DNA from: Octopus sinensis
Taxonomy: Eukaryota
Assembly (NCBI RefSeq): GCF_006345805.1
Contig: NC_042997.1
Location: 15,624,001 to 15,688,000 of the forward strand
DNA length: 64,000 bases
Direction: 5' to 3'
Shown: positions 1 to 11,864 of the stretch, in pieces
How the letters are laid out: each line of letters begins with the position of its first letter
Numbering within the stretch: position 1 is the first letter of the stretch
Notes under the pieces: model-generated
Database searches by the model: none
The model's input: only the letters and a program-made list of their open reading frames with translations
What the model was told of the DNA's origin: nothing
Translations under genes and position numbers: made by a program

Positions 1-19
1 TATTTATCTATCTATCTAT

Positions 20-368
20 CTATCTTTTTTTTTTTAATTTTATTCCCCCCTTTTTTTGTCCTCTTATTTCCCTTTACGATCCCTTTTGATCGAAAACCAA
101 ACCCCCTTTTTTTACCCCCAAAAGAAACGCTCTACCTTGTAATTTGTCCCATCTGTGTGCAGCACTGTGTGGCCAATAAAGACACTTATCTATCTATCTA
201 TCTATCTTTTTTTTATTTTTATTTTATTCCCCCCTTTTTTTTTGTCCTCTTTCTTTCCCTTTACGATCCTTTTGATCGAAAACCAAACCCCCTTTTTTTA
301 CACCAAAAGAAAAGCTCTACCTTGTAATTTGGTCCCATCTGTGTGCAGCCCTGTGTGAATAAAGAAAC

Positions 369-370
<2 letters not shown>
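20..370 (+). repeat. Tandem dimer of a ~180-bp pyrimidine-rich element ending AATAAAGA followed by (TATC)n; probably a retroelement 3' end
   Basis: Two near-identical units (~23-187, ~205-369), each followed by (TATC)n. The last ~45 nt resemble the SINE-A tail. Confidence 0.7.
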
Positions 371-431
<61 letters not shown>

Positions 432-459
432 CTATCTATCTATCTATTATATATATATA

Positions 460-497
<38 letters not shown>

Positions 498-715
498 ATA
501 TATATCTATATATATATATATATATATCTATATAATATATATATATATCTTAGCTCTTTGTGTATGTACACGTGTTGTTGTGTGTTTTTGTAAATATGTG
601 TGCAGGAGCGCGTATCTATACATATACGCGATGTCACACGTCTGTTCGTGTGAATCTATCGATTTGTATTATTAAATACTTTATATATATATATATATAA
701 TATATTTATATAGTG

Positions 716-849
716 GGCAGGAGTGGCTGTGTGGGTCCGGGTTCAGTCCCACTGCTGGCATCTTGGGCAAGTGTCTCGGGCCGACCAAAGCTTTGTGAGT
801 GGATTTGTAGCTGGAAACTGAAAGAAGCCGTCGTATATATATACATATA

Positions 850-943
<94 letters not shown>

Positions 944-1111
944 GTGTGTGGTTTGTGTGTCTGTGTTTTGTCCCCCTAAGCATTGCTTGACAACAGATGC
1001 TTGGTGTGTTTCGTCGCCGTCACCTAGCGGTTCATGCAAAGAGAGACCGATAGTATAGTACTGGGCTTACAAAGAATAAGTCCCGGGTCGAATTGCTCGA
1101 CTGAAACAAGT

Positions 1112-1125
<14 letters not shown>
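716..1125 (+). mobile_element. SINE-B (tRNA head + CORE-like segment + internal (TA)n(TG)n + 3' module), internally deleted copy
   Basis: GCAGGAGTGGCTGTGTGG...GGTTCAGTCCC (A/B-box-like), CTTGGGCAAGTG, microsatellite, tail ending GACTGAAACAAGT-A(n). Matches full copies at 6940 and 61921. Confidence 0.85.
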
Positions 1126-1142
<17 letters not shown>

Positions 1143-1241
1143 CCGAACGACTTGGTAAAATTAATTATTACTTAATAAATTAATTTTACCCTTTATTAGT
1201 ATTGATTATATATATATATATGTTATAAATTACTTTATATA

Positions 1242-1286
<45 letters not shown>

Positions 1287-1389
1287 CTTCTTTGTACTGT
1301 CAACAGTAGAAACAGCCATAAGAGTTTATGAGAAAATAAGATTAGCAATGAGTTAGTTATTTTCATGTTGAACCTTCAAGGGAAGTAAC

Positions 1390-1428
1390 TCCGAACGTTT
1401 ATGAGCTTTCTCAACCGTCATCAGCGGA
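1390..1428 (-). ncRNA. Degenerate type I hammerhead motif in a PLE-like terminal repeat
   Basis: Minus strand: TCCG CTGATGA CGGT TGAG-AAAG-CTCA TAAA CGT T CGGA. Stem I TCCG/CGGA and helix III ACGT are present, but GAAA is changed to TAAA. Confidence 0.4.
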
Positions 1429-1947
1429 AGTTTAGTCCGCCAATTTGTTTCTGGAGCTTATTTTATATTTTTCACGTGTATTTGTTTCTAGTTTATGGAG
1501 ACAGTGCACCAGCATGGCCAATGCTGTATGGTAAGAACCAGTAAAAAGGTAAAATAGCTTGAAACTATTCTTTCTTTTGTTTGCGTTTCCAATTGTGCTT
1601 CACTCATTTTGATAAAAGTAGTCATCCTTGTTATCTGCTGAGCCTTTTTTACTCTTATCATTGAAATATAACAATACATGTCAAACTAAAAGTCCTATCT
1701 ACTTGTATATACATACATACTAATTAAAAAATTACAGTTACAAATCTTTAATGGAATTGTAAGAATATGTAACATATATTCCAACGTTTATCTTGTAAAA
1801 TGTATAAATATATAGGTATAGGGAAAAACAAACATGTGTACATATACACAGTCGTAAATCAAATCAACGATTCACTTACGCAATGACATACATACTTGCA
1901 TATAAATATTATGTATAAGCACATTCGCGCAGACATGCATGCATGCA

Positions 1948-2425
1948 TACATACATGATGGCCGTCCACTCGTGACCGAGGAAGACCATTGCCGACCTTC
2001 AGGAACATTGTGCGCTCTAGGACTAACTTATATTTTGCATTTGCGGCTCCGTTGGTGGCTAATTAGCCCTGCTCTTGACAAGCATACACGACTGCAAACA
2101 TTGCAGACCAAGCTTTCCCCATTCATTATACGAGCCGTGCGCTTTCGCACAGCTCGCTTAAGTTCTTCATGCTGGATACGTGCTCTCTCAAAAGTGTCGA
2201 TCTCCTCCTTAACCGGCTTTCTCCATCTGTGGCGATGACAAGCATTGTTCTCCCAGTCAGTGTCCTGTATAACAAAAGCCTTTAACGAGGACTTGACACA
2301 GTCCTTAAATCGTAGCCTTGGTTTCTGCCGGAATCTCCTTCCATTCACAAGTTCTCCATAGAGCATCTGCTTAGGAATCCTTCTATCCTCCATTCTAATA
2401 AGGTGTCCAGTCCAACGCAACCGGT
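1948..2425 (-). mobile_element. RTE-clade LINE, 5'-truncated 3' end (C-terminal RT region + C2H2 finger + 3' UTR)
   Basis: ORF 2028..2663 contains RLRWTGHLIRMEDRRIPKQMLYGEL...PRLRFKDCVK and CNVCSRVCLSRAGLISHQRS. Flanked by (CATA)n on both sides. Confidence 0.9.
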
Positions 2426-2999
2426 GCATACATACATACATACATACATACATACATACATACATACATACATACATACATACATACATACATAGCGTAA
2501 CATAACTCAATCCAGATGGCTGTAGAAAGGAGCTTGAAACGCAATGTCCTTCTAAACTATGATTAAATAGCAGGCCATTTTTGACGAGAAGAGGGAAGAA
2601 AAGCCTGTCAGCTTTTATGTTAGAATTATTAACAACGGGGCTATATGAAAAACGTAGTGGCACATTTTAGTTTATCAATATATATTTGTGTATAACTGAT
2701 GTTATTCTACAAGAACATCACGAGGGTATCTGCAGTGCGCGAGGTAGTGATGTAATTTACCATAGACAACCCAGATGGATAACAAAACAAAAAAGGAAGC
2801 ATCAACAATCTGCATCGCAAAACCGGACATTTAGCTACCATCTTAAGGTGTAAGGTGAATAATAGATTCACACCTCACCAACTGCATCTTATGAAAATAT
2901 CGATGAAAATGTACGGAGGTTCTTCACATTGAAGGTTTGAAAGGAAACTAATAATATTAAATCTCAATACCAGTAGCAAAAATACTATAAAGAAGTGGC

Positions 3000-4560
3000 A
3001 TTAGCCATAAGTTTGTTTCTAATTCGCAAGATGTTCTCCGGAAAATGAATAAAAACAATATCTTTGTAGAAACAGTCCCTTATCAAGAAAATTGCAAATT
3101 GTTTTGGTAAAAGGATTTTTATAGACTGAGATGGAGATAGATGCAATTAAAACAGAATATTATACCAACATCAGTAGTAAAACTTACAAAATCAATTTTG
3201 AGACCAAAACTATGGGAAGTTGCATAATTGAATGGCACCAGAGAGAGATATAATAACCGGATACATAATAGCTGGATACTGATACCAGTTGATATGTCCA
3301 TTCATATGTATATATTTAAAAGGACTATGGAAGGTCAGATGAATACACCAAATTAGTTTGCTATAGCACAGAAGAGCCTTGTAGCCAAGAATGGAAACAC
3401 TAACTTGACAGAAAATTGTAGCCTCAATGCTTATCTAAACATTATGTACAAAATGTACGCGACTCGTCACAAGTTCCTCCATGTCTGTTGCCAGTATAAC
3501 AATAGTTGATGGCTGTTGAAAAAGGCAGATGGAAAGGATAGTAAAGTTGGGATCTGAAGAATAAGTTTGGTCAATAAAGTATCTGAAGTAAGGAAACATC
3601 GTCGAAACTTTGTGACAGTATCGCTCGCTTTCTTATAGATTCTTTTCCTGATGATAGCTCACTGAACCTGGCAAAAGAAACTAAGTTGTTGCCATCGAAG
3701 GGCTTACACACACTCGGTCAATAATCCTCACATTTGTAGCTGAAAAGAGAAACTATTATCTTCTATGTTATATATACATCTTTCAAAGGGAATATTCCAG
3801 GAAAAGAATATATCTGTGCTGATTAGCTTCACCAAAGCAATGGGAAAGTTAAAGTTGCATAATTGAATGGCATTAAATCCACTATTGTTTCTTTTATAAA
3901 AATCCAATGGTCATACGTTAGGGCATACAACAGAAAGAGATAATAAAGTTACTCGTAATTTCTTTGTGGACGAGCTTAAGAGTTAAATTAGAAATATTTA
4001 CAATACTAGGAAACTTCTGTATTTAATAACATTTTCAACTGTTAGAAGGATGGAATATGGCTAAGTCAACTATATCCAGTAGAACGCGGAAAAACTACTT
4101 TCTAAACCAGTCAGGCTATATTTTCTGGGCCACACAATGAGTGCTTAAAGATGCTTAGGAATTGATCAAAATTTATTATATACAGATGCTGTGAACGAAG
4201 ATAGATTAACGAAAGAATATTGTGATGGACTTAATGAATATGACAACCAGCGTTTTTGTTTTTCAAGACAATATCCCAAAATGCATTTGTAGTATCAGTA
4301 CCGATACAACAACTTGAATACTTGACTGATTTATGGGAAATATGCTTAATATGACATCAAATAGAAGCTTTCACAAAAGCAGTGATATAGGCCAAGTCTG
4401 TTTCAGAAGTAAAAAACTGAAAGCAGAGACTTAAGATTAACGCAGAAAATTTTTGAGTGCCGTATGGTATCACCAAATATCAACGACAGCAAAAAATAAA
4501 TACATCAACCAAGTGCACAAAATTGAAAAGAACAAAATCAAATGGGACAATAGTGAAGAA
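3000..4560 (+). pseudogene. Heavily decayed R4-like LINE reverse transcriptase region
   Basis: Scattered motifs in R4 order: HNSWI (cf. PHSWI), KGIFQ (cf. RGIFQG), FVDELK (cf. YMDDLK), VFQDN (cf. AAQDQ), IKWD. Many stops and frameshifts. Confidence 0.5.
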
Positions 4561-4721
4561 AGTACTTCTTGAGGAACTACTTATTTCTCAATGGCTTCTC
4601 AAGTGATACTAGATCTACTGAATCAGCGTACCTCAACAAAGGCCTGGAAAAGCGACACTCCAAAAGCAACACAGTAAAAGATTGTTTCTGAGTATGTCTC
4701 CGGTAAAACTGAGAATATTGA

Positions 4722-5408
4722 TAACATTGGCTTCAAATTTTGGCACAAGACCAACAAATTTCGTGGGTGTGGCGGAGGCCAATCGATTCCATTGACCACA
4801 GTGTTCAGCTGATACTTATTTTTATCGACCCAAAAAGGCTGAAAGTCGACCTCGGCGGAATTTGAACTCAGAACGTAAAGACAAACCAAATGTCGCTAAG
4901 CATTTTGTCCAGCGTGCTAACGATTCTGCCATCTCGCCGACTTACAAAGGTTATTGATAATATTAGTTTCACATTTTTGCACAAGGCCATCAATTTCGGA
5001 AAAAGGGTGTAAATTGATTTCATCGACACCAGTGATCAACTCGTACTTATAATATCGACCCCGAAAGGATGAAATGTAAAGTCAACCTCGGTGAAATTTG
5101 AACTCAGAACGTAAAGACGAACGAAATACTGCTAAGAATTTTACCTAACGTGTTAACGATTTTGCCAACTCACCTATTTCTTTACTACCCACAAGGGGCT
5201 AAACACAAAGAGGACAAACAAGGACAGACAAACGGATTAAGTCGATTATATCGATCCCAGTGCGTAGCTGGTACTTAATTAATCGACCCCGAAATGATGA
5301 AAGGCAAAGTCGACCTCGGCGGAATTTGAACTCAGAACGTAGCGGCAGACGAAATACCGCTTAGCATTTCGCCCGGCGTGCTAACGTTTCTGCCAACTCA
5401 CCGCCTTA
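4722..5408 (-). mobile_element. Three tandem same-strand SINE-A copies
   Basis: Three repeats of the head GGCGAGCTGGCAGAA..GTTCTGAGTTCAAATTCCGCCGAGGTCGAC and the central GCCTTTCATCCTTTCGGGGTCGATAAA domain (resembles the Meta-SINE domain, from recall). Two tail types occur. Confidence 0.85.
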
Positions 5409-5550
5409 AAGCTATTGATAATATGAACATGAAGTATGACCCATTGACTCATGACCGTTAAATCATGTCGCAATTCGAAGATTATCCTTTTGCAATCCGA
5501 GATACCAACGAAATGCCCAATAAACAAAAGAATATACAGCGAAGACTTTG

Positions 5551-5933
5551 GGAAGCACTCTGTCGGTTACGACGATGAGGGTTCCGGTTGATCCGAATCA
5601 ACGGAACAGCCTGCTCGTGAAATTAACGTGTAAGTGGCTGAGCACTCCACAGACACGTGCACCCTTAACGTAGTTCTCGGGGATATTCAGCGTGGCACAG
5701 AGAGTGACAAGGCCGGCCCCTTGAAATACAGGTACAACAGAAAGAGGAAGTAAGAGTGAGAGAAAGTTGTGGGGAAAGAGTACAGCAGGGATCACCACCA
5801 CCCCCTGCCGGAGCCTCGTGGAGCTTTTAGGTGTTTTCGCTCAATAAACACTGACAACGCCCGGTCTGGGAATCGAAACCGCGATCCTATGACCGCGAGT
5901 ACGCTGCCCTAACCACTGGGCCATTGCGCCTCC
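5551..5933 (-). mobile_element. SINE-C (tRNA head, RTE-like tail), full length
   Basis: Reverse complement of the copies at 42218 and 49880: GGAGGCGCAATGGCCCAGTGG...GTTTCGATTCCC...GTCGTAACCGAC. Confidence 0.9.
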
Positions 5934-6407
5934 ACTAGCGAAGACTTTAACCCCTACCATGCAGCGATCGAAACTAGATTGGCCGACCCTTCTTTTTTGT
6001 CCACAAAGACACTGTATATAGATACAAGGCGTTCGCATTTGTTTATTACAAGTAGTGTTTCAAAACTCTATAGCGGTATTCTGTAGTTGCAGCATAACAT
6101 TAAAGCAAAATATTGTTAACACATAAGTTATTTATTAATATTGAATATCTTAGATGTTGTTATCCAAATATTTTTGTTCAGTTAATTCTGTTATGTTTTT
6201 AGAAGCTGGTTAAAGAGATGAAAATGGGCAGTTTCCACAACATTGATAGAACTTACCCTGGTTAAATTGATTTCTAATGCAGATACACGACTAGACTTGT
6301 TGGTGGATAGTTCAATCAATTATCACAACTCAAGTAAATCATTGGTACTTAGTCTATAGAACTCACAACATTGAAAAGCAACGTCTACCTCTACGTTTTA
6401 TGAAATC

Positions 6408-6638
6408 AGGCGAGCTGGCAGAAACGTTAGCACGCCGGGCGAAATGCTTAGCAGTATTTCGTCTGTCGTTACGTTCTGAGTTCAAATTCCGCCGAGGTCG
6501 ACTTTACCTTTCATCCTTTCGGGGTCGATAAATTAAGTACCAGTTACGCACTGGGGTCGATGTAATCGACTTAATACCTATGTCTGTCCTTGTTTGTCCC
6601 CTCTATGCTTAGCCCCTTGTGGGTAATAAAGAAATAGG
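6408..6638 (+). mobile_element. SINE-A, full length
   Basis: tRNA-like head, central GCCTTTCATCC domain, tail CCCCTTGTGGGTAATAAAGAAATA. Confidence 0.9.
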
Positions 6639-6939
6639 TATATGAAGTCAGAACGTTAAAAGACTCATCTAAATACAATAATGCATTTTGGTTGGCGCTC
6701 TACTGATTTTATCACGACCATAGAGTGCACTTGGTTCAGTACTGAACACTGACATCTTGTAGTGTGCTTAGCGGAAGGCAGGATCGGCTTTTAAAATTTA
6801 TAACCATTACCGAATATATAATTGTCTGTTGGTGTTGCAAAGCTGTGATACATTATAGAGAGTGCGATGTGCAACGCATTACTCAATTTTTGAGTATAGC
6901 GAAATGAGGTGGGTTGGGCTGAACTGAAATTGAATAGTC

Positions 6940-7348
6940 GTAGGAGTGGCTGTGTGGTAAGTAGCTTGCTTACAAACCACATGGTTCCAGGTTCAGTCCC
7001 ACTGCGTGGCACCTTAGACAAGAATCTCCTGCTATAGCCTCGGGCCGACCAAAGCCTTGTAAGTGGTTTTGGTAGACGGAAACTGAAAGAAGCCCGTCGT
7101 ATATATGTATATATATATATGTATGTATGTGCGTATATGTTTCTGTGTCTGTGTTTGTCCCTCCAACATCGCTTGACAACCGATGCTGGTGTGTTTATAT
7201 CCCCGTAACTTAGCGATTCGGCAAAGAGACCGATAGAATAAGTACTAGGCTTACAAAGAATAAGTCCTGGAGTCGATTTGCTCGACTAAAAGTGGTGATC
7301 TAGTATGGCTCCAGTCAAATGACTGAAACACGTGAAAGAGTAAAGAGT
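6940..7348 (+). mobile_element. SINE-B, full length with internal microsatellite
   Basis: Head, (TA)n/(TG)n linker and 3' module ending GTCAAATGACTGAAACA...AAAGAG. Confidence 0.9.
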
Positions 7349-8205
7349 ATGCATTGTAAATTGGGTTCTCAATAATGTATCACAGCTTTGCAGCACCCAC
7401 GCTTGATTTATTATCTGAATATTGTCTGTATTATGTGAAGGTTATGGATGTGGCGGAATCGGTATTGCACTGAGTAACACGCAATGCAGTTCATACTTAC
7501 GTCTATTGATGTTCTGTATTCGAATTTAACCAAGTTTGAATTTCTTTCATTCTTCTGAGGAAGCTAGAGTATAGAACAAATAGCCAGTGAAATACTAAGG
7601 TCCAAACGGTTTTAATTGCTAATGAAACCATGCCAACTGAATAAAGTTACAAACGATTACCGTTATTCTAGTATGCATAAAGGAATTAGTAAACATGATA
7701 GAAAAATAGAAAAATGCTTGAGATAAAAATAAAACAAATCGAAATGGTCGAGGAAATAAAATAAAGCTAGAGATTAATAAAAAAAAAATAATAACAAAGA
7801 CAGAAACAAAAGTGAAAGAAGATAAACCACATGTACTGCACTCTTGTCTCTGTATAGTTTCAACCAAGGTGTGATGTATTTTTAGTACTTGTGGTTATCT
7901 ATCAACACAATATCGAATCAGATATGGATGTGATTAGAATTGGGAAGCCAGCTGTCTCTGAGTGATTTCAATTTGAGTAAAATGGTTTAGTTTATCTAAT
8001 TACTTTTGCTGTTGTAGTTATTCCTATACTTCACCTATCTCAGGAGCTAGATTGGACTTCAAATGGCTTCAGATGATTTATTCTGCTTTAGCAAAACAAA
8101 TACTACGAAAACTGTGATACTGCGGTAATTTACTTAAAACATACTTTCATTCCGTTTTTCGAGGTAAGCGAAGACTATAAGATAAAGCCAACTTAGAACT
8201 ATGCT

Positions 8206-8639
8206 GAGATCTTTTCGGTTTGAACGGCAGTTTTTTCTAGCGGTGTCATATGAAATTGTCACCCATAATTATGACCCTAGTATCGATTTATTGCATTTCA
8301 ATCTATTTTAGGGTTAAGGTTAGTTAGGGTTACGGTTAGGGGTGGGGGCAAGGGTATCTTTTTTTCTTCACAAATGTAAATAAACCCAATCTGTTTCTTA
8401 AACGAGGGACATATTCATACGGCGCAGAATGTTGTTTACCTCAATAGACGTATTTGATTGGTTGAAATTGCAGAAATTGAAGAAAAAGCAACAAATATCT
8501 TATAAAACTATAGAATTTTCTCAATAAAGCCAAGAGAAAAACGTGTTTTATAAACACATTCTACCAGTATACGAAGTTTAAAATTTTTTAGTTACCTAGA
8601 AATTATGTTAAAAACTGCCGTTGAAACCGAAAAGATCCC
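8206..8639. mobile_element. MITE / non-autonomous DNA transposon with 28-bp TIRs
   Basis: 8208-8235 GATCTTTTCGGTTTGAACGGCAGTTTTT and 8610-8637 are reverse complements with 1 mismatch. Internal TTAGGG-like array at ~8308-8342. Superfamily unresolved. Confidence 0.8.
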
Positions 8640-9100
8640 TATATTGATATGTTGTATAGAAAATAGAACTTGAATTTGTAGGGTTCGAAATTGTGTGATG
8701 TTCATGCCTAGATCAAAATAACCATCATTGTGTAGAAAGATGTGATACAGTCAAGAATCGAAACTAAACCATAGATGTTGTGATGTATGGTTTGTAATTC
8801 GTTTCTCCATTTACAATTGTTTTATTAGTTTGATATTCTTAAGCTTAATAATCTTAGTATGTTGTTAGTTGGCTAATTAAATATGAGGTTGTGGTGATAG
8901 CATATAAGGGTAAATTTCCGATTAAATGAGCTTGCATATTAGTTTTCATTTCTGACTCAAGACTGTCCATTCCAAAATGGCTGCTTATAAATATTTTCTT
9001 TACTTGAATATATTTTACTTCTTATATATATATGTGTGTGTGAGCGTGTGTTTACGTGTGTGTGTTTACTTGTGTATGTGTGTATACATACATACTTGCA

Positions 9101-9208
<108 letters not shown>

Positions 9209-9328
9209 CACACACATATATATATATATATATATATTCCTTCTTCCTTCTTTCCTGAGCGTCCAATAATACTTTATTTGTTCCACGTCCTTGCGTTGTT
9301 GTGTTTTTTTGTTTTCTTGTTTGGATTA

Positions 9329-9362
<34 letters not shown>

Positions 9363-9366
<4 letters not shown>

Positions 9367-9472
9367 TAAGTACCATATTCAACTGAATCTAAATTTTACT
9401 GAACTTATATATATATATATATATATATAAGTTCAGTAAAATTTAGATTCAGTTGAATATGGTACTTAAGTT
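9363..9472. repeat. Perfect 110-bp palindrome (44-bp arms around (AT)11)
   Basis: 9363-9406 is the exact reverse complement of 9429-9472. Confidence 0.95.
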
Positions 9473-9561
9473 AAAGGCACTAGAATTTAGTACAGTATTA
9501 TCCATATAATTCAAAATGGGGTGATTACAATCCAAATAAGCAACAAGGATATCCAGAGGTA

Positions 9562-9639
9562 ATGCAGTACAACCGTTTCATGCAACTCCATTGCAAACAT
9601 TACATCAATTTTAAAATGCAGAGCAATCTTCAGCTGCAT
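9562..9639 (-). ncRNA. Type I hammerhead ribozyme motif (diverged copy)
   Basis: ATGCAG CTGAAGA TTGC..GCAT GAAA CGGTTGT A CTGCAT. It is the inverted copy of 9769-9858, with a U-U mismatch at the base of stem II. Confidence 0.65.
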
Positions 9640-9768
9640 AAAAATATAGAATTTAGTTAAGTTCAAAGGATTCATTTGAATAGTTACTCTATTAACCAAA
9701 ATCACAAAGAGGATAAGTAGATAGATAAAGGATATGTTTCATCAACAACATCATAGTTGTAACTTTTT

Positions 9769-9858
9769 ATGCAGCTGAAGATTGCTCTACATTTTAAAAC
9801 TGATGTAATATTTGCATTGTTCAATTAAATGGAGTCGCAAGAAACGATCGTACTGCAT
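9769..9858 (+). ncRNA. Type I hammerhead ribozyme motif
   Basis: Stem I ATGCAG/CTGCAT, core CTGAAGA, stem II TTGC/GCAA with long loop, GAAA, palindromic helix III ACGATCGT, GUA cleavage triplet. Confidence 0.8.
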
Positions 9859-9906
9859 TACCTCTGGATATCCTTGTTGCTTATTTTGACATATATATAT
9901 ATATAT

Positions 9907-9956
<50 letters not shown>

Positions 9957-10029
9957 TGTGTATGTGTGTGTGTATGTGTGTGTGTATGTGTGTGTGTATG
10001 TGTGTATGTGTATGTGTGCGTGTGTGTGA

Positions 10030-10175
10030 CCGCGTGTGTATCGTTGGCGATTTTCTTTCTCCGTCTTTCTTCTTTATACCTTTCGTTTTTCTATGTTTCT
10101 GACGAAGAGCTCCGCTCGAAACGTTAAATCCTCCTCTCTCTTCTCCTGAGCGTCTTTGTTCATGTTTGGATTAAC
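10030..10175 (+). mobile_element. ~150-200-nt HHR-bearing short element (family X; PLE terminal repeat or retrozyme-like)
   Basis: Homologous to 19095-19285, 20582-20785 (-) and 9238-9335 (3' part). HHR motif at 10095-10129: GTTT CTGACGA A GAGC-TCC-GCTC GAAA CGT T AAAT. Ends in (TA)n. Confidence 0.75.
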
Positions 10176-10208
10176 TATATATATATATATATAGATATAT
10201 ATATATAT

Positions 10209-10241
<33 letters not shown>

Positions 10242-10265
10242 ATATATATATTAATATATATATAT

Positions 10266-10339
10266 AATTAAAACAATCTAATTGTAATTAAAGGAAACTA
10301 ATTAAAGTTTCCTTTAATTACAATTAGATTGTTTTAATT
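10266..10339. repeat. Perfect inverted repeat, 34-bp arms with 6-bp spacer, abutting (TA)n
   Basis: 10266-10299 is the exact reverse complement of 10306-10339. Confidence 0.95.
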
Positions 10340-10741
10340 TGAAATTAATTATGCAGCAATAATTATTATAATAGTAGCAGTGCACACAGGTCATCTCCAA
10401 ACGATTGAAATATGTGGCTCTCTTCCGATTAGTGGATAAAAACATTTTCCATCCGCTCCCTCCCATGATTGTTGTTCTTTTTACAGAAAAACAATGTATG
10501 TCACAACAACCTATTTTCGTCGTCTGTAATAAGCATATATGGTTCTTCATTAAACTAAATCAAATATATTATAATTATTGTTTAAGGTAGTAATGTAAAA
10601 GAGATAAATGTTCACCATGGGGTTCTGCATGCTTGAATAACTGATATTTTTTAGTTTATGACAACGGACCGGATGGTGTTCTTTGCTCGCTGGCTGTCTG
10701 TTCGAAATACAAGCTACATCTCATGGTTGCAGTACTATCTC

Positions 10742-10789
<48 letters not shown>

Positions 10790-11573
10790 TCTCCCTTTCT
10801 TCCTCCCTCCCCCCTCTCTCTCTCTGCTGGCTTACAGTAAGGCAGCCTATGGAGTTCAGCTTCTAATATCTAACCTGGCAGATGTGAACAAGACTAAAGG
10901 TCTGTCTTGAGCCATAGGACTGATAAGGCCGTTTATTCGGTTTTCACAGAGTATAAGTGACAGAGATCACAACATTCCCCCTAAACTCCATTGGAAGGTT
11001 ACTCATTTTACGGCTGAGTGCAAGAGCCACGTGAAATGAAGTGTTTTGCTCGAAACTACAATCTTACGATTCTGATACATAACATCCTAACCGCTAGACC
11101 ACGCATCTTCACGAGTGAACAATGATCCGACGTTATAAACATTTTCCGGACTCTCCGTACTATTGTGCATACTTTCTTTCCAGCGCGTTCTAAATTTAAT
11201 TCTCATGAAGGTGTGCTTTGTTCTACATCACTCTATGGTTGATAAAATATGCAATAGCAGATTACCTCACATCTGCCATGTTTCCCCAACCTGGATTTAA
11301 GAGAGCTGATTCTATATAAAAGTTTACCATGGATTGCTAATAGTGTGAATCTGGTTTTATTGAAAAGATTATGTGGAACGTAAAACTGCAATGAAATATG
11401 ACGAGCAAAAGAAGATGGAATGAAGCTAGAATGTTGGCCTTGAATAAAATTTTGACAATGTAATACCATAGTTTGTGTACTCTAAAAGCTGCAAGAAATA
11501 AAACATTTTGTGTTTTCCGCTTGGAATCCAACTAAGTGATTATATGTTGTGAAGCAAAGAGTATTACAATATC

Positions 11574-11810
11574 TATTTCTTTACTACCCACAAGGGGCTA
11601 AACACAGAGGAGACAAACGACAGACAAACGGATTAAGTCGATTACATCGACCCCAGTGCGTAACTGGTACTTATTTAATCGACCCCGAAAGGATGAAAGG
11701 ATGAAAGGCAAAGTTGACCTCGGCGGAATTTGAACTCAGAGCGTAGCGGCAGACGAAGTACCGCTAAGCATTTCGCCCGGCGTGCTAACGATTCTGCCAG
11801 CTCGCCGCCT
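11574..11810 (-). mobile_element. SINE-A, full length, with 12-bp target-site duplication
   Basis: TATTACAATATC occurs at 11562-11573 and 11814-11825. Confidence 0.92.
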
Positions 11811-11864
11811 TATTATTACAATATCGTTTCCTATTAACTATTAATATTTCATTCCATATAATAA

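Noticed and set aside
8308-8342. True or interstitial telomere array
   Set aside because: Short, degenerate and internal to a MITE.
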